DNA of 44,989 bases from Verrucomicrobiota bacterium (GCA_038214755.1 JBBQRQ010000037.1:1-44989), one strand, 5' to 3'; shown: positions 27,779 to 37,063, counted from the stretch's first letter. The notes: a model not told the origin generated them from the sequence alone. Numbers and translations are program-made.

Positions 27779-28045
27779 ATGGATTCACGAGCAAAAGATT
27801 TAACTGACGAAGCGAAAAATGCCGTAGGCGAAGCCGCCGACACGGCTGAGAATTGGGCCGACAGCGCTAAATCCACCGCGCGAAGCGCGTTGGAAAGAGC
27901 GCGCGCGGCTTACGAAACGGCGCAGGAAAAAGCAGTGGCCGGAGCAAAAGCAACCGACCAATGCATCCGCGAAAATCCCTATACTTCTTTGGGCATCGCG
28001 TTAGGAGTGGGCGTGTTGATCGGATTTCTGATCCGACGGAAATAA
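27779..28045 (+). CDS. DUF883/ElaB/YqjD family protein
   Basis: IRENPYTSLGIALGVGVLIGFLIRRK C-terminal anchor. Confidence 0.92.
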   Translation: MDSRAKDLTDEAKNAVGEAADTAENWADSAKSTARSALERARAAYETAQEKAVAGAKATDQCIRENPYTSLGIALGVGVLIGFLIRRK

Positions 28046-28086
28046 ATTTCGGCGAGCGGACAATCATCCGCTCGTTGAATTTCGAT

Positions 28087-28413
28087 ATGGACAAATCGAA
28101 GGAAGAAATCGCTCGCGACGTGGAGGAAACAAGGGCCGCAGCCCAACGCGCTTTCCGCGAGGCGGGCGAAGTTTGGTCGGGCAAAAACGCCGTCGCTTCC
28201 GCCTGGCGTTCCACCAAGGGAACTTATTTCCGCGCGCAAGACAAAGTGCTCGGAGCAGCGCGGGCTAGTGACGATCAAATCCGTTCTCATATTTATTCCG
28301 CAGTTGGAATTGCTTTCGCTGTGGGAGTGATCGCAGGATTTTTCGCAATTCGCAAACGCAAAGAAAAAACAAGCCGACCAAATAAATATGGAAACCCATC
28401 GCGTCCTGCATGA
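28087..28413 (+). CDS. DUF883/ElaB-like protein
   Basis: Start MDKSKEEI at ATG 28087; IRSHIYSAVGIAFAVGVIAGFFAIRKRK. Confidence 0.8.
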   Translation: MDKSKEEIARDVEETRAAAQRAFREAGEVWSGKNAVASAWRSTKGTYFRAQDKVLGAARASDDQIRSHIYSAVGIAFAVGVIAGFFAIRKRKEKTSRPNKYGNPSRPA

Positions 28414-28561
28414 TTTCGGCGAACTGAGTTACGAAGACCTCGAGGACATCTCCGGGACTAAACACGACTTGGCAGCGCGCTTCCGGGACAAACCTTACCC
28501 ATTTATTTTCGCCGCGGTGGCGATGGGTTTGTTGATCGGCTATTTCGCGAGACGCAAATAA
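28388..28561 (+). CDS. 57-aa ElaB-like tail-anchored small protein (below the ORF-track cutoff)
   Basis: Hand translation: METHRVLHDFGELSYEDLEDISGTKHDLAARFRDKPYPFIFAAVAMGLLIGYFARRK*. Confidence 0.75.
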   Translation: METHRVLHDFGELSYEDLEDISGTKHDLAARFRDKPYPFIFAAVAMGLLIGYFARRK

Positions 28562-28607
28562 TTTACAGCCTTCCCTTTTTCTGCGAGCGACTTGTAACGG
28601 CCGCGAC

Positions 28608-28740
28608 GGAGCGCCGGTTTGCAACCGGCTTTGAGGACGGAACGCCGATCTCCTGATCGGCTCGGGGAAAAGTGGAGCGTTCCAATGCCGATCGGGAGAT
28701 CGGCGTTCCTAGCGTTAAGCCGGTTGGAAACCGGCGCTCC
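28608..28740. repeat. Nested REPIN: GGAGCGCCGG outer pair around a GGAACGCCGATC inner pair
   Basis: GGAGCGCCGGTTTGCAACCGGCTT / AAGCCGGTTGGAAACCGGCGCTCC; inner pair 28639-28709. Confidence 0.88.
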
Positions 28741-28755
28741 GCCTCGATAAAAATT

Positions 28756-30153
28756 ATGAAGAGCGATGTTCGGATTGAAACCGACTCGATGGGCGAAATG
28801 CGCATCCCCACTTCCGCCTATTACGGAGCGCAAACCGCGCGCGCGATTGAAAATTTCCCCATCAGCAAGTTGCGGTTTTCCCGCGACTTCATTCGCGCCC
28901 TTGGGCTGATCAAAAAACACGCCGCTGTCTCCAATTCAGTTCTCGGTTTGCTTTCACGCGAATTTTCTAAAGCCATTGAGGCGGCGGCGCAGGAAGTCGT
29001 TGAGGGCAAATTCGATTCGGAATTTGTCGTCGATATTTTTCAGACCGGCTCCGGCACCTCGACGAATATGAATGCGAACGAGGTCATCGCCACTCGGGCG
29101 ACCGAATTGCTCGGTAGAAAGCGCGGCGAAAAACTTATTCATCCCAACGATCACGTCAATTGCGGCCAGTCCAGCAATGACGTCATTCCCACTGCAATTC
29201 ATCTCGCCGCGTTGGAAAGTATCGAGCGAAAACTGGTTCCTTCGTTGAGCGAACTGCTTCTTCATCTGCGTCGCAAAGCGGATGAATTTAATTCGATCAT
29301 TAAAATTGGCCGCACGCATTTTCAGGATGCGACGCCCATTCGGCTCGGGCAGGAATTTAGTGGTTACGCCAGCCAGGTTGAACACGGTCTTGATCGATTG
29401 CGTGCGTGCGAAAAAAATTTAGGCGAACTCGCGCTGGGCGGCACGGCCGTCGGGACGGGCATCAACACTCATCCAGAGTTCGCAAAAAAAACCATTGCCG
29501 GAATCGCTGCGGAAACGGGGTTGCCCCTGCGCGAAGCGCCGAATCATTTCGAGGCGCAAGCGGCGCGCGATGCGTGCGTCGAAACCAGCGGCGCATTGAA
29601 AACGATTGCGGTGAGCTTGATGAAAATCGCCAACGACATTCGCTTTCTCGGCTCCGGCCCTCGCCTCGGCATTGGCGAATTGAAATTGCCCGCCACGCAA
29701 CCTGGCTCATCCATCATGCCCGGAAAAATTAATCCCGTGATGTGCGAAATGATGATTCAAGTTGGGGCGCAAGTCATCGGCAACGACGCGGCTATCACCA
29801 TTGGCGGAATGCTGGGCCATTTGGAATTGAACGCCATGATGCCGTTGATCGCGCATAATTTATTGCAATCAATTGAACTGCTTTCAAATGGCGCGCGCGT
29901 TTTTGCGGAGCGGTGTGTCGCTGGAATCGAGGCTGACGCGGAAAAATGTCGGGCTACAATCGAGCAAAGTTTGGCGATGTGTACCGCGCTTGCGCCAGTC
30001 ATCGGTTATGACAAAGCCGCGCATATCGCAAAAGTTGCCTATGAAAATAACCGGACGGTTCGCGAAGTGGCGCGGGAAATTTCCGGATTGGATTCCAAAA
30101 AACTCGACGAACTTCTCGATCCGAAAAATCAAACCGAGCCGCGCTCCAACTGA
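28756..30153 (+). CDS. fumC: Fumarate hydratase class II
   Basis: RIETDSMG, YGAQTAR, FQTGSGTSTNMN, GQSSND, KIGRTH.QDA, GSSIMPGKINP. Confidence 0.95.
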   Translation: MKSDVRIETDSMGEMRIPTSAYYGAQTARAIENFPISKLRFSRDFIRALGLIKKHAAVSNSVLGLLSREFSKAIEAAAQEVVEGKFDSEFVVDIFQTGSGTSTNMNANEVIATRATELLGRKRGEKLIHPNDHVNCGQSSNDVIPTAIHLAALESIERKLVPSLSELLLHLRRKADEFNSIIKIGRTHFQDATPIRLGQEFSGYASQVEHGLDRLRACEKNLGELALGGTAVGTGINTHPEFAKKTIAGIAAETGLPLREAPNHFEAQAARDACVETSGALKTIAVSLMKIANDIRFLGSGPRLGIGELKLPATQPGSSIMPGKINPVMCEMMIQVGAQVIGNDAAITIGGMLGHLELNAMMPLIAHNLLQSIELLSNGARVFAERCVAGIEADAEKCRATIEQSLAMCTALAPVIGYDKAAHIAKVAYENNRTVREVAREISGLDSKKLDELLDPKNQTEPRSN

Positions 30154-30194
30154 ACTTTGCCGGAAAAAAATTTTCCAAATATTTCACCACGCGG

Positions 30195-30340
30195 GTAGCA
30201 TCTGCCTCCGGCGGGTACGAATTGTTCCGCTGAAAATTGCCCAGCGCGAGTCACCCGTAGCCGCCGATGTCGGAACGGAGCGCGGACGTTCTCGTCCGCG
30301 TGTTCGTCGCGCAACTCGCGGACGAGAACGTCCGCGCTCC
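30195..30340. repeat. Cluster of REP arms from three families
   Basis: Solo GTAGCATCTGCCTCCGGCGGG (30195), partial GTAGCCGCCGA (30257), perfect pair GGAGCGCGGACGTTCTCGTCCGCG (30277-30340). Confidence 0.85.
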
Positions 30341-30363
30341 GGCCCGCCGAACAAGCCGTCGCT

Positions 30364-31194
30364 TTAATCCGCAGTTTCCGCATAACTCAAATACGCCTCG
30401 TGCAGAATTGGCGTAAGCGGCGAGCGGCGCAAGGCGTGCTCGTCCAGATAGGAAACTTCGCGGACTCCAATGGCGATGGACGTCAGAAAAACGCTGTCCG
30501 CCTGTTGCAAAAACTCCGGCGTAATATTTTTTTCGGCGGTTGAGATTTTCAATTTTTTGCAAAGTTCGATCACCAGTCCACGAGTCACCCCAGGCAACGC
30601 CCCACTGTTCAACGGCGGTGTGCAAACCGTTTTAGTTTCAATCCAAAATAAATTGGCGCTCGTAGCTTCAGCGACATTTCCCTCCGTGTTCAGCAGCAAC
30701 GCTTCGTCCGCGCCTTTTTCATCCGCTTCCATCCGCGCGAGAACATGGGGGAGTTTGTTGCAAGTTTTAAATCCTGCCAGCGGATCGTTGGCGGGAATCC
30801 GAATGGAACTCGTGATGATCTTGAAAGGTGAAGAATTTTTTGCCGCGGGATGCAAACTCATGACGAGCGTCGGTAGGTCCGAGCCTCTAATCGAGTAGCC
30901 GCGTGGCCCGACTCCGCGAGAAAGTTGGATGCGCAAAACGCAATCGCCCGGGTGATTTTTTTCGAGAAGTTCTTCGGCGAAAGCGCGGATGGCTTCCGCC
31001 GAAAATGGAATTTTAATTTTCAGGAAATCCGCGCCGGCTCGCAGTCGTTCAAAATGTTTTTCCCACAAAAGAATTTTGCGATGGTAAACCGGCAACGCCT
31101 CAAACAATCCATCGCCCAATGAAAAGCCGCGGTCAAAAATGGAAACGGTCCCCTGCTCTTCCGGGACAAATTTGCCATTGAGAAATACGAGCAC
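30364..31194 (-). CDS. Class IV PLP aminotransferase (PabC/IlvE/D-amino acid aminotransferase-like)
   Basis: DRGFSLGDGLFE, H.ERL, FKTCN, EALLLN..G.VAE...ANLF, LPGVTR. Confidence 0.9.
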   Translation of the reverse strand: MLVFLNGKFVPEEQGTVSIFDRGFSLGDGLFEALPVYHRKILLWEKHFERLRAGADFLKIKIPFSAEAIRAFAEELLEKNHPGDCVLRIQLSRGVGPRGYSIRGSDLPTLVMSLHPAAKNSSPFKIITSSIRIPANDPLAGFKTCNKLPHVLARMEADEKGADEALLLNTEGNVAEATSANLFWIETKTVCTPPLNSGALPGVTRGLVIELCKKLKISTAEKNITPEFLQQADSVFLTSIAIGVREVSYLDEHALRRSPLTPILHEAYLSYAETAD

Positions 31195-31218
31195 GCGGAA
31201 TTCTTAACGCAAAGAATT

Positions 31219-31638
31219 AGCGCGGCCAAGCCGCAACCAAAGTGGCGGGCGCGGCGCGTATTTTTGAGTGCGGGGACAATGTCCCCTCTTTGGCTGCACG
31301 TTGGAAAAAGAAAAAGAGTTCCGTGAGTTCGCAAGCTTCTTCTCTCCATGAACCCGCTGTAGCCGCCGACGTGAGGAGAAAACCACCGACGGAAAGTTAG
31401 GGCGTCGGCCCCACGAACCGGCAAGCGTTGGTAGGGCGCGTCACTCCGTGCGCGCCGGGGCGACACTAGGGCAAGTGTGACGCGCCCTACCTTGAGGTTC
31501 ATGGATAGGCAGAAACTCGCGTGCCAAATCCGCCTCCGCACGTCGGCAGCTACGGTTCATGGTTCAATGCGCGGAAAAAATTTTGGGAACTATCTCCCCA
31601 AGGCGCGCAGGAAAAGCGGCGTCATGCCGCCCCAGTCC
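31219..31638. mobile_element. Multiply nested REP/MITE composite
   Basis: Five concentric inverted pairs (see findings) preceded by the AGCGCGGCCAAGCCGCAACCA motif. Confidence 0.8.
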
Positions 31639-31684
31639 GCATGGTTGAACTTGAAAAATTTTTTGCCGCGTATCTCCTGTGCGA

Positions 31685-32908
31685 ATGCCGGCAAAAAACG
31701 GGAAGCTCGAATATCTGGAACTAATTGCACTTTTCTTTTTGCAAGGCGCGGCGCTGGGCATGTGGTTTGTCCCGCTCAGTTCAGTCCTGGAAGCGCATGG
31801 CTTGCGGTCCATCCGTCCTTACGCATTTGCGGCGTCGGCGCTCGCGGCGTTTGTTTCTCCGCTGATCTTCGGCGCGATGGCGGATCGACACGCCTCGCCC
31901 ATAAAGGTTTTACGCGGACTTTCATTCGCCACGGCTGCGATGATGACCGTCGTCGGCGCGGCCATCCAATCTCATTACAATCCCTGGCTGGTGCTGGCGC
32001 TAATTCAATTTCAAGCGCTTTGCTCGTCACCCACCTGGAGCATTTCTTCCGCAATTGTTTTTGCGCGCCTGGGCGACGCCAGAAAAGAGTTCGGACCGAT
32101 CCGCGCGATGGGGACGTTGGGCTGGATGGTGGGTTGTTGGTTCGTCAGCTTGCTCAATGCGGACGCATCAACTTCCGCTACTTTCAGCGCGGCGGCGGCA
32201 TGGTTGATCGTGGGCGTGTTTACTTTTTTTCTGCCGCAAGTCGCGTCATCCAAAGTGGTGGGGCGCGTCTCGTGGAGCCAGCGCTTTGGGCTCGACGCTT
32301 TGACGCTGTTGAAAAATCGCGATCATCGCGTCGTGTTCATCATGCTGGTTTTGGTCAGCATCCCACTCGCGGCGTTTTATCCGTACGCGCCGCCGCATCT
32401 GCGTGAACTCGGCCTGCAACACGCCAGCGCCTGGATGACGCTGGGACAAGTCACGGAGATGATCGCGATGTTCAGTCTCGGCGCGCTCTTATTGAAGTGG
32501 CGATTGAAATGGATTTTTGCGTGTGGCTTGGGATTTGGCGTCGCCCGATTTGCCTTGAGCGCGGTCAACACCCGCCTCGGGCTACTCTTTGGCCTCCTGC
32601 TCCACGGCGCTTGTTACACGCTCATTTTCATCACTGCCCAAATCTATCTTGAGCTTCGGGTGGACTCCGCGTGGCGCGCGCGGGCGCAAGCCCTGCTCTC
32701 ACTCATGAGCGGCGGCGTGGGCAATCTCCTCGGCTATCTCGGCACAGCGGTATGGTTCAGCGCATGCACTCAACTCTCTGTCACACGATGGCCGCTTTTT
32801 TGGAATGGCCTCGCGCTGTCTGTCGCGGTGATTGCGATCTATTTCCTGGCGGCCTATCGCGGATTAGGGGCGAAAGTTGAAAAGCAAACGAACAAGTCAA
32901 TGGGATGA
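31685..32908 (+). CDS. MFS transporter (nucleoside:H+ symporter NupG/YegT-like)
   Basis: 12 TM pattern, FFLQ...GMW, GAMADR, FGPIRAMGTLGW, FGLDALTLLK, MTLGQVTE, AQALL. Confidence 0.88.
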   Translation: MPAKNGKLEYLELIALFFLQGAALGMWFVPLSSVLEAHGLRSIRPYAFAASALAAFVSPLIFGAMADRHASPIKVLRGLSFATAAMMTVVGAAIQSHYNPWLVLALIQFQALCSSPTWSISSAIVFARLGDARKEFGPIRAMGTLGWMVGCWFVSLLNADASTSATFSAAAAWLIVGVFTFFLPQVASSKVVGRVSWSQRFGLDALTLLKNRDHRVVFIMLVLVSIPLAAFYPYAPPHLRELGLQHASAWMTLGQVTEMIAMFSLGALLLKWRLKWIFACGLGFGVARFALSAVNTRLGLLFGLLLHGACYTLIFITAQIYLELRVDSAWRARAQALLSLMSGGVGNLLGYLGTAVWFSACTQLSVTRWPLFWNGLALSVAVIAIYFLAAYRGLGAKVEKQTNKSMG

Positions 32909-32930
32909 ATTGATTCGGAACTTTTAACTC

Positions 32931-33199
32931 AAAATCCGAAATCCGAAATCCGACGAGCCGAAAGAAATCCGAATTCCGAAATCCGAGAGCGACGGAACTG
33001 TGCTGGTCGCAAGGCACTTTTCCGGGCGCTGTTTTGTTTTCGACTGGCGGCTGGAAGCCGCCGCAATCCCGCCAGCGGGACTGGAAGCGCGCGCTACGGT
33101 AGCGCAGGCATCCTTGCCTGCAAGTTACTGAAGCTTCCAGCTTCGTGCGCGAACGTCTTTGTCGATATTCGGATTTCGGGAATTCGGATTTCGGATTTC
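32931..33199. repeat. Inverted heptamer (AATCCGA/TCGGATT) shell enclosing back-to-back REP arms
   Basis: (AAATCCG)n at 32931-32986, (TCGGATT)n at 33168-33199; inner ...GCGCTAC-G-GTAGCGCAGGCATCCTTGCCTGC. Confidence 0.8.
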
Positions 33200-33265
33200 A
33201 GAGTTCAGGTTTACCGCAGTTTAAGTGCTGGAAACTTTTTAACCACCTGTGCAAACGTCTTCGCC

Positions 33266-35395
33266 ATGAGAACTTTTGCTGGCCTCGCCTTGCTGTTATT
33301 TATTTTCTGCACAGGCTGTATTCGATCAAGAACTCAAAAAGCTGACGCAACAATTCAGACGCGCCCGGGTATTTTTTTCGTCGCTACCAATGGCAATGAT
33401 TCCTGGACGGGAACAATCGCGGCGCCGGACGCTTCTCAGAAAAACGGGCCGTTCAAAAATCTCGCGCGCGCTTTGCAAGCTGCGGGCGAACTTAAAAAAT
33501 TGCAAAACGGCGTCTGGCCACAACCCGTTTCTATTTCAGTTCGCGGTGGAAATCATTGGCTCGAAGAACCACTCGTCATCACGCCGGAACTTTCTGGAAC
33601 AAGTGAATCTCCGCTCGTCATTTCTGCTTACCCAAGCGAGCGCCCAATTCTCAGCGCAGGCCGGCCCCTCTCGAATTGGAAAGCCACGAACATGGACGGC
33701 AAATCACTCTGGGCTGCGACCATTCCAGAGGCGCGCCGTTGGAATTTTCATCAACTCTGGGTCAACGGCGAACGACGTCAGCGCGCGCGTCATCCGAACA
33801 ACGGCTATTTCAAAATCGCTGGACTGCCGGACGCGACTTCATCGTGGGAGAAAGGCCATTACCGTTTCCGTTTCAATGCGGGCGATCTCAAAGAATGGAA
33901 ATCCGCCACGCACGGTGAAGCCATTGCCATGACGCGTTGGGTGGAATCACGGATGCCGATCACGAACATTGACGCGCAACAAAAAATTCTCGGCTCGAAC
34001 AAACGCAGTGTCTTCCAACTGCAACCCGGCGATCCTTATTACGTCGAAGGAATTTTTGAAGCGCTGGATCAACCGGGCGAATGGTTTCTCGATTTTGAAA
34101 ACGACGCGCTCTACTACCTACCTTTGCCGGGGGAAACGCTCCACCGCTTTGCCGCCGTCGCGCCGAGGCTTGCTGAATGTTTGCGCCTCGAAGGAAATCC
34201 CGAGTCTGAAAAATTTGTCGAGCACGTCCAGTTTCGCGGGCTGACTTTTTCTCACAACGAATGGTTCTATCCCACGAACTTTGGCAGCGCCGAACGTCAC
34301 ATCTCCACCACGCCCGATCCAGAGATTTTCGGATTTGCCCAGGCCGCTTTTGGTGTCCCCGGGATCGTGCGAGCGGAAGGCGCGCGCCATTGTTCCTTCG
34401 ACGATTGCCGATTTTCCAACGTAGGCAGTTACGGACTGCAACTCGGTCGCGGGTGCCAGAGCAATCACGTTTCCGCCTGCAACTTTTCCGATCTGGCCGG
34501 TGGCGGAATTAAAATTGGCGAAACGAAAATTCGCACCAACTCACTCGAACAAGCGCATGACAACGAGATCGCCGACTGCGAAATTTTCGACGGCGGGAAA
34601 ATGTTTCACAGCGCCGAAGGCATTTGGATTGGACAATCGTTTGGCAATCGCATCGCGCACAATTCCATCCATGATTTTTTCTACACCGGAATTTCTATCG
34701 GCTGGACGTGGGGTTATGAGAAATCGCTCGCCTCAAACAACATTGTTGAGTTCAACCACGTCCACCACATCGGCCAGAAATCAAACGGCGACGGACCGAT
34801 TCTCAGCGACATGGGCGGCATCTACACTCTCGGAATGCAACCTGGCACAATAATCCGCAACAACCTTTGGCACGATATTGCGGGACTTAACTATGGCGGT
34901 TGGGGAATTTATTTCGATGAAGGCAGTTCGGGAATTTTGGCGGAGAACAACGTTGTCTTTCGCACCGCGCATGGGGGCTTTCATCAGCATTACGGAAAAG
35001 AAAATATCGTGCGCAACAACGTCTTCGCTTTCGGGCGAGACCACCAGCTACAACGCACACGCGCGGAGGAGCACGTCTCGTTCACGTTTGAAAGGAACAT
35101 CGTTTACTTCGACCACGGCAAATTGTTGGAAGGCGATTGGACGGGTGGAAAATTTGTGCAGGACAACAACCTCTATTTCGATACGCGAACAAACAACATG
35201 GAAAATTTATTTCCCGGCGGCTGGGAGAAATGGCGCGAGAACGGCCACGACGTTCATTCCATCATTGCGAACCCTCTCTTCACCACCACGAACCTCCAAG
35301 CCTTCCATCTCGAAACCAATTCCCCTGCCCTGTCCGTCGGGTTTCGCCCCTTCGACATCAATCTCGTGGGACCGCGGAAGAACAAAGCCCATTAG
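33266..35395 (+). CDS. Right-handed parallel beta-helix protein (possible glycoside hydrolase, GH141-like), likely lipoprotein
   Basis: LFIFCTGC lipobox-like, FFVATNGND.W.G, ALDQPGEW, repeated N.I..N motifs, LSDMGGIY, WGIYFDEGS. Confidence 0.8.
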   Translation: MRTFAGLALLLFIFCTGCIRSRTQKADATIQTRPGIFFVATNGNDSWTGTIAAPDASQKNGPFKNLARALQAAGELKKLQNGVWPQPVSISVRGGNHWLEEPLVITPELSGTSESPLVISAYPSERPILSAGRPLSNWKATNMDGKSLWAATIPEARRWNFHQLWVNGERRQRARHPNNGYFKIAGLPDATSSWEKGHYRFRFNAGDLKEWKSATHGEAIAMTRWVESRMPITNIDAQQKILGSNKRSVFQLQPGDPYYVEGIFEALDQPGEWFLDFENDALYYLPLPGETLHRFAAVAPRLAECLRLEGNPESEKFVEHVQFRGLTFSHNEWFYPTNFGSAERHISTTPDPEIFGFAQAAFGVPGIVRAEGARHCSFDDCRFSNVGSYGLQLGRGCQSNHVSACNFSDLAGGGIKIGETKIRTNSLEQAHDNEIADCEIFDGGKMFHSAEGIWIGQSFGNRIAHNSIHDFFYTGISIGWTWGYEKSLASNNIVEFNHVHHIGQKSNGDGPILSDMGGIYTLGMQPGTIIRNNLWHDIAGLNYGGWGIYFDEGSSGILAENNVVFRTAHGGFHQHYGKENIVRNNVFAFGRDHQLQRTRAEEHVSFTFERNIVYFDHGKLLEGDWTGGKFVQDNNLYFDTRTNNMENLFPGGWEKWRENGHDVHSIIANPLFTTTNLQAFHLETNSPALSVGFRPFDINLVGPRKNKAH

Positions 35396-35534
35396 TCGGC
35401 AACTCTCGCTCCGAGGTTACCGTCACTTTGAATTTTTTCTCCTCACATTTCCTTGGTGCGCGACGACTCGCAGGTCGTCGCCCACCTTTTCGGAAATTTA
35501 TTTTGAGAAACACTTTATCGCACCATCTGCTTGC

Positions 35535-35570
35535 AAAAAAAAATCGAGGCCCGGCGAACCGGACCTCGAT
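35535..35570 (-). terminator. Intrinsic terminator of the RRM gene
   Basis: Minus strand ATCGAGGTCCGG-TTCG-CCGGGCCTCGAT followed by a T-run, 16 nt after the stop. Confidence 0.85.
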
Positions 35571-35586
35571 GCGTGTGAATAAAATC

Positions 35587-35943
35587 TTAGTAGCGACCAC
35601 GTCCGCCACCGCTGTAACCGCCACCGCCGCCACTGCGTCCACCGCCGCTGCCGCCGTATTCACGACGACCGCCGCCACCGCCGCCTGTGCGTTCTTCGCG
35701 AGGCTTGGCGACATTGACCGTCAAAGCGCGCCCGTCCATATCTTTGCCGTTCAAGGCTTCGATGGCTTTGTTCGCTTCCTCAGCGGAACTCATGGTGACG
35801 AAACCAAAACCACGAGGACGGCCGGTTTCGCGGTCCATCATCAGGTTGGTTTCCGTGACCGTGCCGTGCGCAGCGAAGGCGTCAGTGAGGTCGTTTTCAG
35901 TGGTGTTGAAGGAAAGATTTCCTACAAATAATTTATTACTCAT
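35587..35943 (-). CDS. Glycine-rich RRM RNA-binding protein
   Basis: RNP2 LFVGNL, RNP1 RGFGFV, Gly/Arg tail. Confidence 0.96.
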   Translation of the reverse strand: MSNKLFVGNLSFNTTENDLTDAFAAHGTVTETNLMMDRETGRPRGFGFVTMSSAEEANKAIEALNGKDMDGRALTVNVAKPREERTGGGGGGRREYGGSGGGRSGGGGGYSGGGRGRY

Positions 35944-36151
35944 TGTGATGTTTTACTGTCGAAGAACCATTTACTTTCCAGAAGACTGTTCCCGAACGTC
36001 GGGTTTAAAATCATCACTGAACTGAGTTCACTTGAAGATCCACCATGCCTTGAAAGAGACTAGCCATCTAACAGAACGCGGACAACATCGCTGCTTCCGC
36101 CGAAATGGCGACAATTATCTGCAATTATTTTTCCCGCGCTGGTAGGGCGTG

Positions 36152-37063
36152 TTATTGTTTCCGCCCAGAAACCAGATACGTGAAACCGCCGTAGGCAGCG
36201 TGAAACTTTCCGGCGGCGATGGCTTCTTTTTCGCGCGAAAAACGTTCCATCTGTTCGGCAAAGCCTCGCTCAAAAAATTCCGCCGTGCCGCCGCCAGTTA
36301 GAACCTGACCGCGCATTTCTTCCCGATTCCCTGGTTCCATCAAAAAATTTTTATATTGTTCTGTTTGTTCGAGGAGAGCGTGTTGCGCGGGAGTTTCATA
36401 AGGTGGAAACAACGAAGCGGCGCGATCAGATTGGTGAACAGCAATATCTCGCAAACCGAGTTCCGCGAAATAACCGGGCAACAAATCACCAATGCAATGG
36501 TCGCCCTGCCCGCATCCGATTTTGCCGCGATGATAGCGCAACCAGAACTCGAACCGGCGCACCAGCAATTCTACCGACTCGTTCGCCGTCAGCGAAGTAA
36601 ATGCCATGTAGTTCCAAAAATTGTTTGGCTCAACGCACACCAGCAATCCGCCGGGACGCAGAATGCGAATCATGTCGCGCAATGCGTCGAGCGGTTGGGC
36701 GAGGTGCATCAACACGGTCTGACAAGTCACAACATCAAACGAGTTGTCTGCGAGAGGAATCTCGGTCGCATCGCCTTGCACGAACGTCCACAGATCTGAG
36801 GGAGCATCGGGAAAAGCTTTTCGAAAATGTTGCGCCCCTTCGGCAACCCATCGAGTCTCGCCATCCACGCCCGCAAATCGAGCGGGTGTTTTCAAATACG
36901 GATAAAGCAAACGCGACCAATGACAGAGACCGCAGCCGATGTCGGCGAGCGAAGTTGCTTCTTTCAATCGCCAACGCACCGCCATGAGATCGAGGAAGTC
37001 GCGGTTCCACCAGAAATCACGTTGCTCGCCAAATTGCTCGGCGGAATGAGGCGATGAAGACAT
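36152..37063 (-). CDS. Class I SAM-dependent methyltransferase
   Basis: LADIGCG.C, GVD, QGDA, SFDVV, LMHL, RILRPGGLL. Confidence 0.9.
   Translation of the reverse strand: MSSSPHSAEQFGEQRDFWWNRDFLDLMAVRWRLKEATSLADIGCGLCHWSRLLYPYLKTPARFAGVDGETRWVAEGAQHFRKAFPDAPSDLWTFVQGDATEIPLADNSFDVVTCQTVLMHLAQPLDALRDMIRILRPGGLLVCVEPNNFWNYMAFTSLTANESVELLVRRFEFWLRYHRGKIGCGQGDHCIGDLLPGYFAELGLRDIAVHQSDRAASLFPPYETPAQHALLEQTEQYKNFLMEPGNREEMRGQVLTGGGTAEFFERGFAEQMERFSREKEAIAAGKFHAAYGGFTYLVSGRKQ

Noticed and set aside
28672..28755. N-terminal extensions in the ORF track (fumC; also RAYT to 22279, DUF1501 from 3475, feoA to 11232, amtB from 14522)
   Set aside because: They run through repeats or neighbouring genes; downstream ATGs match the expected family starts
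35596..35685. (CCG/CCA)n triplet repeats
   Set aside because: Explained by the glycine-rich tail of the RRM protein
35958..35968. GTCGAAGAACC match to the ISL3-like MITE end
   Set aside because: Only 11 bp with no partner end or target duplication; likely chance within the RRM leader
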